A stretch of 64,000 bases of DNA from Macrostomum hystrix. Lineage: Eukaryota; Animalia; Platyhelminthes. Shown here piece after piece: positions 11,706-24,195 of the stretch. The translations under genes and the position numbers were made by a program. Numbering within the stretch: the stretch's first letter is position 1; each line of letters opens with the position of its first letter. Where the stretch lies: assembly GCA_950097015.1 (NCBI GenBank), contig CATNEN010000008.1, forward strand, positions 2,232,001 through 2,296,000, in the 5' to 3' direction. The notes beneath the pieces are model-generated. The model saw nothing but the letters and a program-made list of their open reading frames with translations, made no database searches and had not been told where the DNA came from.

Positions 11706-12313
11706 GGAATTTTTCGAGCAAACCTAAACGAAACTGGGATCAATTTATTAGAATTGAGACGGGGATCTGAAGGGGATACAGTTCAGGGGATGCTGATTTA
11801 AGAAACTCCGTAAGGAATATTTTAAGGAGATTGTAAAAGCAGATAAAATTGACAATCTGTACAGTAATTGTATCGCAAAATACTGGACCACGCTGACGGC
11901 AACCAATTCGTGAAAATGATCCAGATTTTATTTATATTGCCATTTGCGAAATTAAAAAGTCTCGACATACAGTGGAACAATTAAAACAAAAAGCAGATTA
12001 AATACAAATAATCACAGAATGAGGATAACAACACTCGATAAACGGATATTCGCGGTATTAACAACACAGCGACTGTTGACATTCAGCTAACAAGCATACT
12101 AGAATGGCGAAATTAATTATTGTAACACTAATAGGTATATTGCAAAATCTGATTTGTTAACAAAAACACACGAGCATTTATGCAACAAGAGTGGTCCAAC
12201 ATGAGCAATTGTGCATAAACTGACTTGAAACTGGAAACAAATTAGTAAAAATCCTGGATCTCCTAGAAAACTAAATAATTTGAAACTTCTCAATCATAAG
12301 AAGTGTAGATGAT

Positions 12314-15300
12314 GGGATCAGAGGTGAAATGGGATTCTAATCGATTTGGGGATCAGAGGTGGAATGGGATTCTAATCGATTTGGGGATCAGAGGTGAAAT
12401 GGGATTCTAATCGGATTGGGGATCAGAGGTGAAATGGGATTCTAATCGGATTGGGGATCAGAGGTGAAATGGGATTCTAATCTGTTTGGGGATCAGAGGT
12501 GAAATGGGATTCTAATCGGATTGGGGATCAGAGGTGAAATGGGATTCTAATCTGTTTGGGGATCAGAGGTGAAATGGGATTCTAATCGGATTGGGGATCA
12601 GAGGTGAAATGGGATTCTAATCTGTTTGGGGATCAGAGGTGAAATGGGATTCTAATCTGTTTGGGGATCAGAGGTGAAATGGGATTCTAATCGGATTGGG
12701 GATCAGAGGTGGAATGGGATTCTAATCTGTTTGGGGATCAGAGGTGAAATGGGATTCTAATCTGTTTGGGGATCAGAGGTGAAATGGGATTCTAATCTGT
12801 TTGGGGATCAGAGGTGAAATGGGATTCTAATCTGTTTGGGGATCAGAGGTGAAATGGGATTCTAATCGGATTGGGGATCAGAGGTGAAATGGGATTCTAA
12901 TCGGATTGGGGATCAGAGGTGAAATGGGATTCTAATCAGTTTGGGGATCAGAGGTGAAATGGGATTCTAATCTGTTTGGGGATCAGAGGTGAAATGGGAT
13001 TCTAATCGGATTGGGGATCAGAGGTGAAATGGGATTCTAATCGGATTGGGGATCAGAGGTGAAATGGGATTCTAATCTGTTTGGGGATCAGAGGTGAAAT
13101 GGGATTCTAATCGGATTGGGGATCAGAGGTGAAATGGGATTCTAATCTGTTTGGGGATCAGAGGTGAAATGGGATTCTAATCTGTTTGGGGATCAGAGGT
13201 GAAATGGGATTCTAATCTGTTTGGGGATCAGAGGTGAAATGGGATTCTAATCTGTTTGGGGATCAGAGGTGAAATGGGATTCTAATCTGTTTGGGGATCA
13301 GAGGTGAAATGGGATTCTAATCGGATTGGGGATCAGAGGTGAAATGGGATTCTAATCGGATTGGGGATCAGAGGTGAAATGGGATTCTAATCGGATTGGG
13401 GATCAGAGGTGGAATGGGATTCTAATCAGTTTGGGGATCAGAGGTGAAATGGGATTCTAATCTGTTTGGGGATCAGAGGTGAAATGGGATTCTAATCTGT
13501 TTGGGGATCAGAGGTGAAATGGGATTCTAATCGGATTGGGGATCAGAGGTGAAATGGGATTCTAATCTGTTTGGGGATCAGAGGTGAAATGGGATTCTAA
13601 TCGGATTGGGGATCAGAGGTGAAATGGGATTCTAATCTGTTTGGGGATCAGAGGTGAAATGGGATTCTAATCTGTTTGGGGATCAGAGGTGAAATGGGAT
13701 TCTAATCTGTTTGGGGATCAGAGGTGAAATGGGATTCTAATCTGTTTGGGGATCAGAGGTGAAATGGGATTCTAATCGGATTGGGGATCAGAGGTGAAAT
13801 GGGATTCTAATCGGATTGGGGATCAGAGGTGAAATGGGATTCTAATCAGTTTGGGGATCAGAGGTGAAATGGGATTCTAATCTGTTTGGGGATCAGAGGT
13901 GAAATGGGATTCTAATCGGATTGGGGATCAGAGGTGAAATGGGATTCTAATCGGATTGGGGATCAGAGGTGAAATGGGATTCTAATCTGTTTGGGGATCA
14001 GAGGTGAAATGGGATTCTAATCGGATTGGGGATCAGAGGTGAAATGGGATTCTAATCTGTTTGGGGATCAGAGGTGAAATGGGATTCTAATCTGTTTGGG
14101 GATCAGAGGTGAAATGGGATTCTAATCTGTTTGGGGATCAGAGGTGAAATGGGATTCTAATCTGTTTGGGGATCAGAGGTGAGATGGGATTCTAATCGGA
14201 TTGGGGATCAGAGGTGAAATGGGATTCTAATCTGTTTGGGGATCAGAGGTGAAATGGGATTCTAATCTGTTTGGGGATCAGAGGTGAAATGGGATTCTAA
14301 TCTGTTTGGGGATCAGAGGTGAAATGGGATTCTAATCTGTTTGGGGATCAGAGGTGAAATGGGATTCTAATCGGATTGGGGATCAGAGGTGAAATGGGAT
14401 TCTAATCGGATTGGGGATAAGAGGTGAAATGGGATTCTAATCGGTTTGGGGATCAGAGGTGAAATGGGATTCTAATCTGTTTGGGGATCAGAGGTGAAAT
14501 GGGATTCTAATCAGTTTGGGGATCAGAGGTGAAATGGGATTCTAATCAGTTTGGGGATCAGAGGTGAAATGGGATTCTAATCTGTTTGGGGATCAGAGGT
14601 GAAATGGGATTCTAATCTGTTTGGGGATCAGAGGTGAAATGGGATTCTAATCTGTTTGGGGATCAGAGGTGAAATGGGATTCTAATCGGATTGGGGATCA
14701 GAGGTGAAATGGGATTCTAATCGGATTGGGGATCAGAGGTGAAATGGGATTCTAATCGGATTGGGGATAAGAGGTGAAATGGGATTCTAATCTGTTTGGG
14801 GATCAGAGGTGAAATGGGATTCTAATCGGTTTGGGGATCAGAGGTGAAATGGGATTCTAATCTGTTTGGGGATCAGAGGTGAAATGGGATTCTAATCGGT
14901 TTGGGGATCAGAGGTGAAATGGGATTCTAATCTGTTTGGGGATCAGAGGTGAAATGGGATTCTAATCGGTTTGGGGATCAGAGGTGAAATGGGATTCTAA
15001 TCGGTTTGGGGATCAGAGGTGAAATGGGATTCTAATCAGTTTGGGGATCAGAGGTGAAATGGGATTCTAATCTGTTTGGGGATCAGAGGTGAAATGGGAT
15101 TCTAATCTGTTTGGGGATCAGAGGTGAAATGGGATTCTAATCTGTTTGGGGATCAGAGGTGAAATGGGATTCTAATCTGTTTGGGGATCAGAGGTGAAAT
15201 GGGATTCTAATCTGTTTGGGGATCAGAGGTGAAATGGGATTCTAATCTGTTTGGGGATCAGAGGTGAAATGGGATTCTAATCGGATTGGGGATCAGAGGT

Positions 15301-16313
15301 GAAATGGGATTCTAATCGGATTGGGGATAAGAGGTGAAATGGGATTCTAATCGGTTTGGGGATCAGAGGTGAAATGGGATTCTAATCGGTTTGGGGATCA
15401 GAGGTGAAATGGGATTCTAATCTGTTTGGGGATCAGAGGTGAAATGGGATTCTAATCGGTTTGGGGATCAGAGGTGAAATGGGATTCTAATCTGTTTGGG
15501 GATCAGAGGTGAAATGGGATTCTAATCGGTTTGGGGATCAGAGGTGAAATGGGATTCTAATCGGTTTGGGGATCAGAGGTGAAATGGGATTCTAATCAGT
15601 TTGGGGATCAGAGGTGAAATGGGATTCTAATCTGTTTGGGGATCAGAGGTGAAATGGGATTCTAATCTGTTTGGGGATCAGAGGTGAAATGGGATTCTAA
15701 TCTGTTTGGGGATCAGAGGTGAAATGGGATTCTAATCAGTTTGGGGATCAGAGGTGAAATGGGATTCTAATCTGTTTGGGGATCAGAGGTGAAATGGGAT
15801 TCTAATCTGTTTGGGGATCAGAGGTGAAATGGGATTCTAATCGGATTGGGGATCAGAGGTGAAATGGGATTCTAATCGGATTGGGGATAAGAGGTGAAAT
15901 GGGATTCTAATCGGATTGGGGATCAGAGGTGAAATGGGATTCTAATCGGATTGGGGATAAGAGGTGAAATGGGATTCTAATCTGTTTGGGGATCAGAGGT
16001 GAAATGGGATTCTAATCGGTTTGGGGATCAGAGGTGAAATGGGATTCTAATCTGTTTGGGGATCAGAGGTGAAATGGGATTCTAATCGGTTTGGGGATCA
16101 GAGGTGAAATGGGATTCTAATCTGTTTGGGGATCAGAGGTGAAATGGGATTCTAATCGGTTTGGGGATCAGAGGTGAAATGGGATTCTAATCGGTTTGGG
16201 GATCAGAGGTGAAATGGGATTCTAATCAGTTTGGGGATCAGAGGTGAAATGGGATTCTAATCTGTTTGGGGATCAGAGGTGAAATGGGATTCTAATCGGA
16301 TTGGGGATCAGAG
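12314..16313. repeat. 35-bp satellite array, ~114 copies (GATCAGAGGTGAAATGGGATTCTAATC[TGT/GGA/AGT/GGT]TTGGG)
   Basis: Highly homogeneous 35-bp period; variation is nearly confined to one 3-nt site. Confidence 0.98.
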
Positions 16314-16450
16314 AAGACGATCGACTATCTAAAATGTGTCTAGGGTATAACAGAAATTGATATACGACTACTTACAAAGAAAAGTATAATTGTGGAAAAA
16401 TAGTCTCAACGTATTATTATGCCGATTTTGCTTGCAGCAGTGAGCAGTGC

Positions 16451-19400
16451 TCACTGAGGCACCGGCTGCGGATTGTAGGTCAGGCTGCGCTTAACAGTGA
16501 AGAATCTCTGTTCCTGGATGCTGTCAGTCAGGGCGCGAACCCACGAATGCAGATCCTCCAATGAGTTGGCCGAGAATTTGTAAACGCTGTGCCGGCCGGC
16601 AACCACAGAATTGGAAGCGTCAGTTTTATAGGCCTCGATGCGTTCGTCCCGATGACTGAACAGCTCGAAGCAGAAGCTCTTGGACTTGTCCGGCGCCTCG
16701 CGTACGCCCAAATCTCGCAGCTGAATAATCCCCTTGGGGAAGGTGCTGGATTTGTCGGACAGGTAGCTGAGCTGGCCGCTGTGCAGCATGCAGTACCTGC
16801 GCTTCCACGTGCGAACTTTGCCACCCTGAAAGATTATAATGATCGTTTGAGCTGAATATAAAGAATACTCGTAGCTGCATACAGAAGAGTATACAGAGTA
16901 TAATAATAATAATAATTGCAGGAGGGCTGCGAGCAGGGCGGTCCATCATTTGGTGACACTAGACCCGCAGCCAGCGAGGAGGCAATTCTGTCCATTTCGC
17001 TGACTCCTGAGCACACACGCACACAGATACTGTACGCAGGCACACGCTCACACAGGTGTGTACATCTGCCCTGACTTTCTCATCGTCAGACCGTGTACAT
17101 TTCACTGTGCCTTGGAGGTTGGCCCTCAAGGGCGTAAATTGCATGACAAGCCCCCATAGCCTTCTCTCGGCGGCTGCGCCCCAAATAAATGTGGCCTCGC
17201 CGCGGAATCGAGCTCAGGGACCTTGGTGCGAGAGGCAAACGGGTTAACCGCTAATACAGAGTATACATGTCATTTCACCAAATAAAGTGCCATTGCCCTC
17301 AGCCCTCCTGAAATTATTATTACTATTATGCCGGTAACCCATTGTATCGCTGGGACAACTGAAGCTTGTAGGAATTAAGCATCTTGATCATAACAAACAA
17401 GGCCACAATATTGATGCTTCATTTGGCCTGGATGTTCGAACTCTTGACGTGTCAAGCGGATTGCTCACCTGTTTCAAAAGGTAGCCCTCCTTGCGCACAT
17501 TGCACACGCTGTGCAGCAGATCTTCAAACGATTCGCAGCCATTGTTGACAAACGGCTGCTGACGAATGTCGTCGTAGATGTCGCGCACAAAGGCCCGGTC
17601 CAGATTGGGCAGATCGGCCCGTTCCAGCATCGTGTGGAACTCCTCGGGACTGCTGATCCTGGGGTGGGTAGGTAGATAGGTAGATAGGTAGATAGATATA
17701 TAGGTAGATATATAGGTAGATAGATAAATGGATAGATAGATAGACAGACAGATAGACGGCCTACCTGGTGGTCTTGTCCTTCTTGGCGTTCTCATTGTGC
17801 AGGGAGGTGTTGAGTATCATGCAGGCGTAGCAGAGCACAAACACTCTGTCGGCGCTCAGCGGGCAGTCTGGATTCTGGGCGGCGTAGGCCTTGGCGAATA
17901 CCGAGATGCAGCGCTCGATTACCTGCGAATTTGCATGGCAACCAAGCGACAAGAATCTTATCTAAGCTTAATTTGAAAAGGATAACAATTCTAGAATTCA
18001 AAGTTGATGCATCAATGGGTCAGTAATTGAGTCAACCAATGGGTCAGTAAGTGAGTCAATTAATGGGTCAGTAATTGAGTCAACCAATGGGTCAGTGAGT
18101 CAACCAATGGGTCAGTAAGTGAGTCAATTAATGGGTCAGTAAGTGAGTCAACCAATGGGTCAGTAATTGAGTCAATTAATGGGTCAGTAAGTGAGTTAAC
18201 CAATGGGTCAGTAATTGAGTCAACCAATGGGTCAGTAATTGAGTCAACCAATGGGTCAGTAAGTGAGTCAACCAATGGGTCAGTAAGTGAGTCAACCAAT
18301 GGGTCAGTAAGTGAGTCAACCAATGGGTCAGTAAGTGAGTCAACCAATGGGTCAGTAATTGAGTCAACCAATGGGTCAGTGAGTCAACCAATGGGTCAGT
18401 AAGTGAGTCAACCAATGGGTCAGTAAGTGAGTCAACCAATGGGTCAGTAAGTGAGTCAACCAATAGGTCAGTAAGTGAGTCAACCAATGGGTCAGTAAGT
18501 GAGTCAACCAATGGGTCAGTAAGTGAGTCAACCAATAGGTCAGTAAGTGAGTCAACCAATGGGTCAGTAAGTGAGTCAAACAATGGGTCAGTGAGTCAAC
18601 CAATGGGTCAGTAAGTGAGTCAACCATGACACAAACCTGGCTTTCCCCTGTCAGAGAGAATGTTCCGAGAAACTCTCGCAGTGCGGGCATAATCTTCTTG
18701 CCAGCAAAGCTGAACAGTCCAGCGAAGGCCTCCAGTGTCTGCACGTTGAATGGTTTATTCTCGGCAAAATAATCTCCAACCGCTCGCCTACTCAAATTTG
18801 TGGAGCGAAACAGAAAGCCGGCAACGCTGGCTGGTGTGTGCTCAATAAGGCCCTGCTCAACCAGGTGGGCGATTCCAGCGGACGGCTTTAGGTTAAACTT
18901 GTTTCGCCCAGTGATGAGGGCCTAAAATGCAGGTTTATTGTACGAGCGTAGTAGCACTAATTAGATGACGTGGCATGTGACTATGTAGTCAAAAACATAT
19001 TTAATCCTGCCATTTTTTAATTGCTGAGACTCCTGAGCACCACGCACACTGATACTGTTCGCAGGCACACACTCACACAGGTGTGTACATCTGCCCTGAC
19101 TTTCTCATCGTCAGACAGTGTACACTTTTAATGTGTCTTGGAGGTTGGCCCTCAAGGGCGTAAATTGCACGACAAGCCCCCAAGCCTTCTCTCCGTGGCT
19201 GCACCCCAAATAAATGTGGCCTCGCCACGGAATCGAGCTCAGGGACCTTGGTGCGCGAGGCAAACACGTTAGACTGCTCTGCCACTCACCCCCCTGCTCC
19301 TGCCATTTACCCATGAGATAGAAATGTCTGATTGCCCAATAAGTTTGAAAATCTTAATAAGTTTAAACCACAAACCTTATCCTTTCGACTGGCAACTCTG

Positions 19401-19591
19401 AATTCCTCTCCAGAATTTCCATTGCCACCACTGATGTCCATCTCTCTGATTTCTCCTTCCAGAAGCTCCAATTCTGATCTCAGATCAGTTAGTTCAGCTT
19501 CCAATATTTTCTTGCGTTGGCATAGCAGCTCCAGCTCATTGACTTGCTCTGGTTGCCAGCCAGAGATATCTGGCAAGACATGCCCTGCCGC
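16451..19591 (-). CDS. CYTH: Cytohesin-family ARF guanine-nucleotide exchange factor (coiled coil - Sec7 - PH); first exon uncertain
   Basis: Exons 19591-19376, 18921-18637, 17922-17765, 17658-17469, 16825-16451, phases consistent. Coiled coil; Sec7 with glutamate finger FSLTGESQ|VIER and MILNTSLHN; PH domain EGYLLKQ|GGKVRTWKRRY. A candidate first exon is 21873-21793 (ATG to GGA|GTGAGA, phase 0; low confidence). Confidence 0.93.
16903..17253 (-). mobile_element. SINE family A, copy 2 (near full length), in a cytohesin intron
   Basis: B-box-like GAGCTCGATTCC, 3' stem-loop and (ATT)n tail. 12-bp TSD ATACAGAGTATA at 16891-16902 and 17254-17265. Confidence 0.88.
17666..17757. repeat. (TAGA/CTAT)n microsatellite filling a 106-bp cytohesin intron
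   Basis: Intron 17764-17659 is almost entirely tetranucleotide repeat between GTAG and CCCCAG. Confidence 0.9.
18014..18626. repeat. 24-bp minisatellite, ~26 copies (AATGGGTCAGTAAGTGAGTCAACC), intronic
   Basis: Starts ~10 nt after the cytohesin donor at 18636; some units are 20-bp deletion variants. Confidence 0.95.
19028..19293 (-). mobile_element. SINE family A, copy 3 (intact tRNA-like head, 3'-truncated)
   Basis: Minus strand starts GGGGTGAGTGGCAGAGCAGTCTAACG (A box, Leu/Ser-tRNA-like) ... GAGCTCGATTCC (B box); colinear with copy 2. Confidence 0.85.
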
Positions 19592-20899
19592 CTGTAGTTT
19601 TAATAATGATAAAAACTCAATTTGAGTAACTATCTATAGACTAACAGTAATAAGGAATAATGACTACTAAAGTATCAATATCAAAAGCATAGCATGCATA
19701 TTTTATTAACAAAAATGAATGACTCTCTACTGATAATTATCAGAAGCAAGGATCAAACAATTATGAATTTACAGATAATAATGATTGGTGCTTGTAACTC
19801 AGTAGCTAGAGATACAGACTTTGGACTGAGAGTTTAGGAGCCAAAATATTGTGCTACCTATGCTTCAATTTATCAGGCTCTAAACTAGTAATTGTGTACT
19901 AACATTAGCTAGGCCCTAGGATAGAATTTTTTGTGGTAATGGTACCCCTATCATAGTCAATAGGTTAGGGTGAAAGTTGTTTATTTATACTTTTTGAAAC
20001 ACTATACAAATCTGCTATTGGAAATATACATGTATGCATTGCCCAACTAAGTCACGATTTAAGTGTAGGCCTAATATTTTTCTTAAAGTTATATATAAGA
20101 TATAATATATTCAATATAATATAGGTATATAATATTGTTATTTAGGTATATTACTATATAATATTGCTTATTCATACTCAATAAATAAAAAAACCAAATT
20201 TATAATAAAAAAAGGATATATATATCTTTTCAAAACCAAAGATATAACTAACCAAAGTACAAATATGTAAAATTGACATATAAAATTAGCAGAAATCTAT
20301 ATGCATCATTCATAGAAACTTGCACCAAATAAATGTATTTAGAAGAATATTTTTTATATATACCTACTAGTCATTGCACAACAATTAGCTAAATGAAGAG
20401 TCAATTGCAAATAAATTTTCAATACATGAAATCCTTTATAACCTCTTTACCATGTACAAAAAAATAATTTCTAGCGTAGCGAGTATATCGATAACTAAAA
20501 GACCTATCACGACATCAACCAATAAATCTTTAGTGCTTTAATACATTATTATGTTATGCAGATAATTAAAATTACATCAAAAAGCTAAAAATAGAAAAGC
20601 TTTCGATTACAAAGGGTTTCGGGGCCGCAGGGCAATGCATTTGAGAATCAGCAAGCGAGAAGCGAAATGAAATTGCAACTTTCAACTCAGATAGTTCCTG
20701 TAAAATATAAGCTTTAAAAACAATTGAAATTGAAATTTCTTTCGTTATCAACGCACATGCTGTGCATTGCAGCTTAAAAGTTAAATTTCTGTCATGAATC
20801 GAAGCTGGGCTTGTTATTTCTTTAAAATTATCTACATAGTGCCATTTTTTCTGCAAATGTGCTTTCTTCCGCGAAGTTCCGTGACGAAGAAGAAAAATA

Positions 20900-21575
20900 T
20901 TTGCAATAATACGCAATGTGCCAGGACTTGCGCGTCGACAAAAAGCAGGTCGATGTAACGGGCCGATCGTGCCTGTCCGTGCCAGCGCAGCGGCTCAGGG
21001 GAATAAGCTTCAGCCCTGATCACGTGTCAAGCCAGCCGTAGGCGCCGCTGTCTCAGCAAATCGTAAAACGACCCGGATGCATCCTGGCGCTGTCCGTCTG
21101 TGCGTCTGAGAGAAACACCGTCCGCAGTGCTCGAAAGGCGGCCCAGTCCTTGCCTCACCAAATCGTCGCTCGACACGTGCGGCACGAGTTCGCCGAGGTA
21201 AACGAACTGGCGGCACCGCGGGAGCGAGGTTCCGCAACCGTTGACATCTCTTAGGCTCTTTCAGCCGTCGAAGACAGCAGTGCGAGGTCGTCTGCGTAGC
21301 TAGAGCGGAGAGCCTCTTCTAGTGGTGCCACCGGCTTGTGCGCTGGCGATGGGCCGCGATGGTGGCCGGAATTCGTGCTAAACCCGTATTTCGCATTTCT
21401 TTTCTACTTTTAAATTTGTGGTATTACTATAACGAGCTGTTAGCAAGAGCACCGACAGGCCGTCGTGGAATTGTTACTACCGCAGCGATGGGTCCTGATA
21501 CAACGCCATGATGTCGGTAATCAGCTGCTGCGGCACCTTGTACGAGTTGTAGTAAACTAAGAGATCGTAGGCCAA
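20900..21575 (-). mobile_element. Decayed non-LTR retrotransposon (LINE; RTE-like by inference), RT and C-terminal fragments
   Basis: Minus-strand peptides across frameshifts: YKVPQQLITDIMALYQD, YADDLALLSSTAERA (YADD at 21298-21287), LPRCRQFVYLG, WAAFRALRTV, and LRQRRLRLA followed by HVIRAEAYSPEP. Order is colinear with LINE ORF2, with deletions. Confidence 0.75.
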
Positions 21576-22156
21576 AAAAGTGCAATTAATTTACGATGAA
21601 GTGACTCCACTTAAATACTGGGCCTCTCTCAGCTAGGAGATTTTGTGTTTGTGGGCATCCCACAAGAGCCCTGTCTACAAAATTCCCATTAGGGAATTGT
21701 TTTATCATTGACTTGTCAGTCAAAATCGTTCACTCTGAAATTCTCTGTGAATCCACTGCAATACAAATGAGGATACCAGTTTTCGTTCTCACTCCAGCTT
21801 CAGACTCATTTCTGTTGCTGTGGGGCCGCTTATTAAATGAAAGTGGATCACTATGCAGTGTGAGGCCTCTCATCTTTAATGCATCGATCGCATACAGCCC
21901 TGACCTAAAAATCAAAGTTTACACTCTTTGCGGTACACAGCAGACACGCACTTAGATGGTACACAAATGATATTATCCAGTCTCCTATCGCTCACTGTAC
22001 TGTTTAGCTGCTCAATTTAGAAAACAATTTCGATGCTTATAATCGCAATTTTGTCGTTTTCGTGTGTCGGTGTCAGCGTGTAAAATAGTTGACTTTTCAA
22101 AGACTCAAAAGGCAAAGATTCAAAGACTCAAATTATTGGGATGGTAATCTGTATAC

Positions 22157-22240
22157 ATGTACACACCTGTGTGAGCGTGTGCCTGCGTGTGGTATCTGTG
22201 TGCGTGTGTGCTCAGGAGAATTGCCTCGTTGCTCGCAGCG
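22157..22240 (+). mobile_element. SINE family A internal fragment (copy 4)
   Basis: ATGTACACACCTGTGTGAGCGTGTGCCTGCG...GTGCTCAGGAG matches the middle of copies 2 and 3. Confidence 0.7.
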
Positions 22241-23147
22241 AGGCTACCAAATGTCTACCAAAATGCCAAGTGTCACAAAATGATGTGCTTTGCAGTGCCC
22301 ACAGCGCTCCTGCAATTTGGTTGGAGACATTGCTTGTCATCTTTCTAAATGTGATTACACGCACAAACAAAGGAATTTCATCAGCCAGCAAGGTAGATTT
22401 GTGTAATTTTCTGGATCGCTGCCACGATCAGGGGAACTGGCGGACGCAGTTTAATTTTTATGATTGAAGTGCTTTGTTCTTTGGTTTCGATTGTTGCCTT
22501 ACTGAGTGCAGACCCAAAATGATCTACGCCGTTTCTACGGCACGATTGCTTCAAATTTATGCATGCTTGTTTTCGTGTTTTTTTAGTCGAATTAACACAA
22601 TTTTACTCCAATCGCTACAATGGGTTTTGGCGGCTGAAAATGATACCAGGCAAGCAATTCGTTTTTGCAAATGCGGAAATGACAATTGAGCATTATCCAG
22701 ATAGTGTGACACGTGTACTCGCTGTCACGCACCAATGAAACCGATGGAAATGTCAGTCAGCAACCATTTCATGCAAGCCCATGTCACGCCACTACACAAA
22801 CCTACTAGTATATATTTGCCATATTTCCTGTTTGCTTTCTTTTTTTGTTCCATCGTTGATTTTGAAAAATAAGGTGAAGCGACTTGCAGGTGTTTGAGAG
22901 ATGATTGAATCGGTTCATTAGAAGCTGGTTTTTCTGGCTGTTTCCAAATACTCGTAGGATCAAAAGGAGACATGCAAAAGGCCAATATCAACTGTTAACG
23001 TACGTTCGGCTGTTTAACGCCTTGACGGAACTGTGATGGCAGTTCCTCTATCAGATTCATGTATTTATTGTTATAAATTAAGCAATACTTTCTGAATGGA
23101 ACTGTGTCTGAATATTTATCTGTTTGCTCCTCTGATTGTCACTTTCA

Positions 23148-24195
23148 TCAGTCGTGAAGCCACCGGGTCCACTGATAGGGGTAGAGCACCTTGGAACTGG
23201 TGGCAGCGGTGGGATCGGCTGTGAAGGCCTCGTCTCCGCCAACCAGATGGTCCAGATTCTTTGCGCTCTGGATGATGTTGACTGCGAGTGAAGCGATTTC
23301 GGAAATGTTTGTTTGGTTCATGAAATTATATTTTCTTGCGAGACTTAAAGCTATGAGTCTGCGCTTACATTCTCTGCTCTTGCCAATAACAGTTTCGAAG
23401 GCCCCCATCAGCAGAGGCTGCTGCTGCTGACCCAGTAGGTCGGCCGACTTAAGAAATCTCTGCCTAGCATCATCCTGACTCAGACCCTGATAACTGACGT
23501 TGATTAATTTGTAGAAATCTGCAAATTTTCGTTAGACTGGTTAGTACGAGTTGGTTGAACGATGAATCCTGCTTTTGAGCTCGCAAAAACGATCTACCGT
23601 TGTCGTTCCACACCGACGCCATGTTGCCTAGCAGCGGCTTGGCAACGCTGTTCTCTTGAAATTCAAAGGCCGGTAGGCCTAGCTTTAGAAATTGATTGGT
23701 CCAATCCTGATCACCAGCCAGCTTGTCTCTGGCAGCCTTTCTGGCCGTCAGGGAGTCTGAAGTCGTGTAAAGATAAGGGGTAGATCAATGGATTAGTGAA
23801 TAGGATGATTGGCTTACATCTAGTTTGACATTGGCAACAGCTAGATATTGCAGAACACGCGTCCGGACTATCGGTTTGTCTGAATTTTCCTTAATATCAA
23901 ACATCCACATGCATGTAGTGTATTATTTTAGTCCAGTGCTACAATGAGGCAAGATGTCATAGAATGCAAAGTTCCCCAGTTGTACCGTACTCCCAGATGT
24001 GGAAAACGTGGTTAAGCGCGCCCAACTCCGTGGCCCAGTAGCCGACGACGCGCGAATGCCGGACCCGAATTCGAAACACGTCCTGCACCAGACTGCGCAT
24101 GCGCGCCAAGTCCTTAGCTGCGATACGATAGCACCGCAGCTCATAGAGCTTCTGGGCAGTTTGAGAACTCATTGCCAAGGCTTGATGTGCCCTGC
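23148..24195 (-). CDS. NIPSNAP3: NIPSNAP-family protein (NIPSNAP3-like); N-terminus uncertain
   Basis: Exons 24195 (or ATG 24172)-23986, 23756-23598, 23518-23369, 23281-23148, all joined in phase 1. LYELRCYRI...HSRVVGYWATELGALNHVFHIWEY|DSLTARKAARDKLAGDQDWTNQF is a NIPSNAP domain; the second domain is degenerate. AATAAA at 23069-23064. Confidence 0.87.

Noticed and set aside
9906-11743. Long periodic ORFs (MGSWDQWNRIK, DTIPLIPATHL, SPILRSPSLSD)
   Set aside because: Translations of minisatellites, open on both strands, with no unique coding flanks or splice support.
12314-16313. 35-bp array as a CRISPR array or RNA-gene cluster
   Set aside because: No unique spacers, only 3-nt variants, and no Pol III boxes or tRNA/5S structure.
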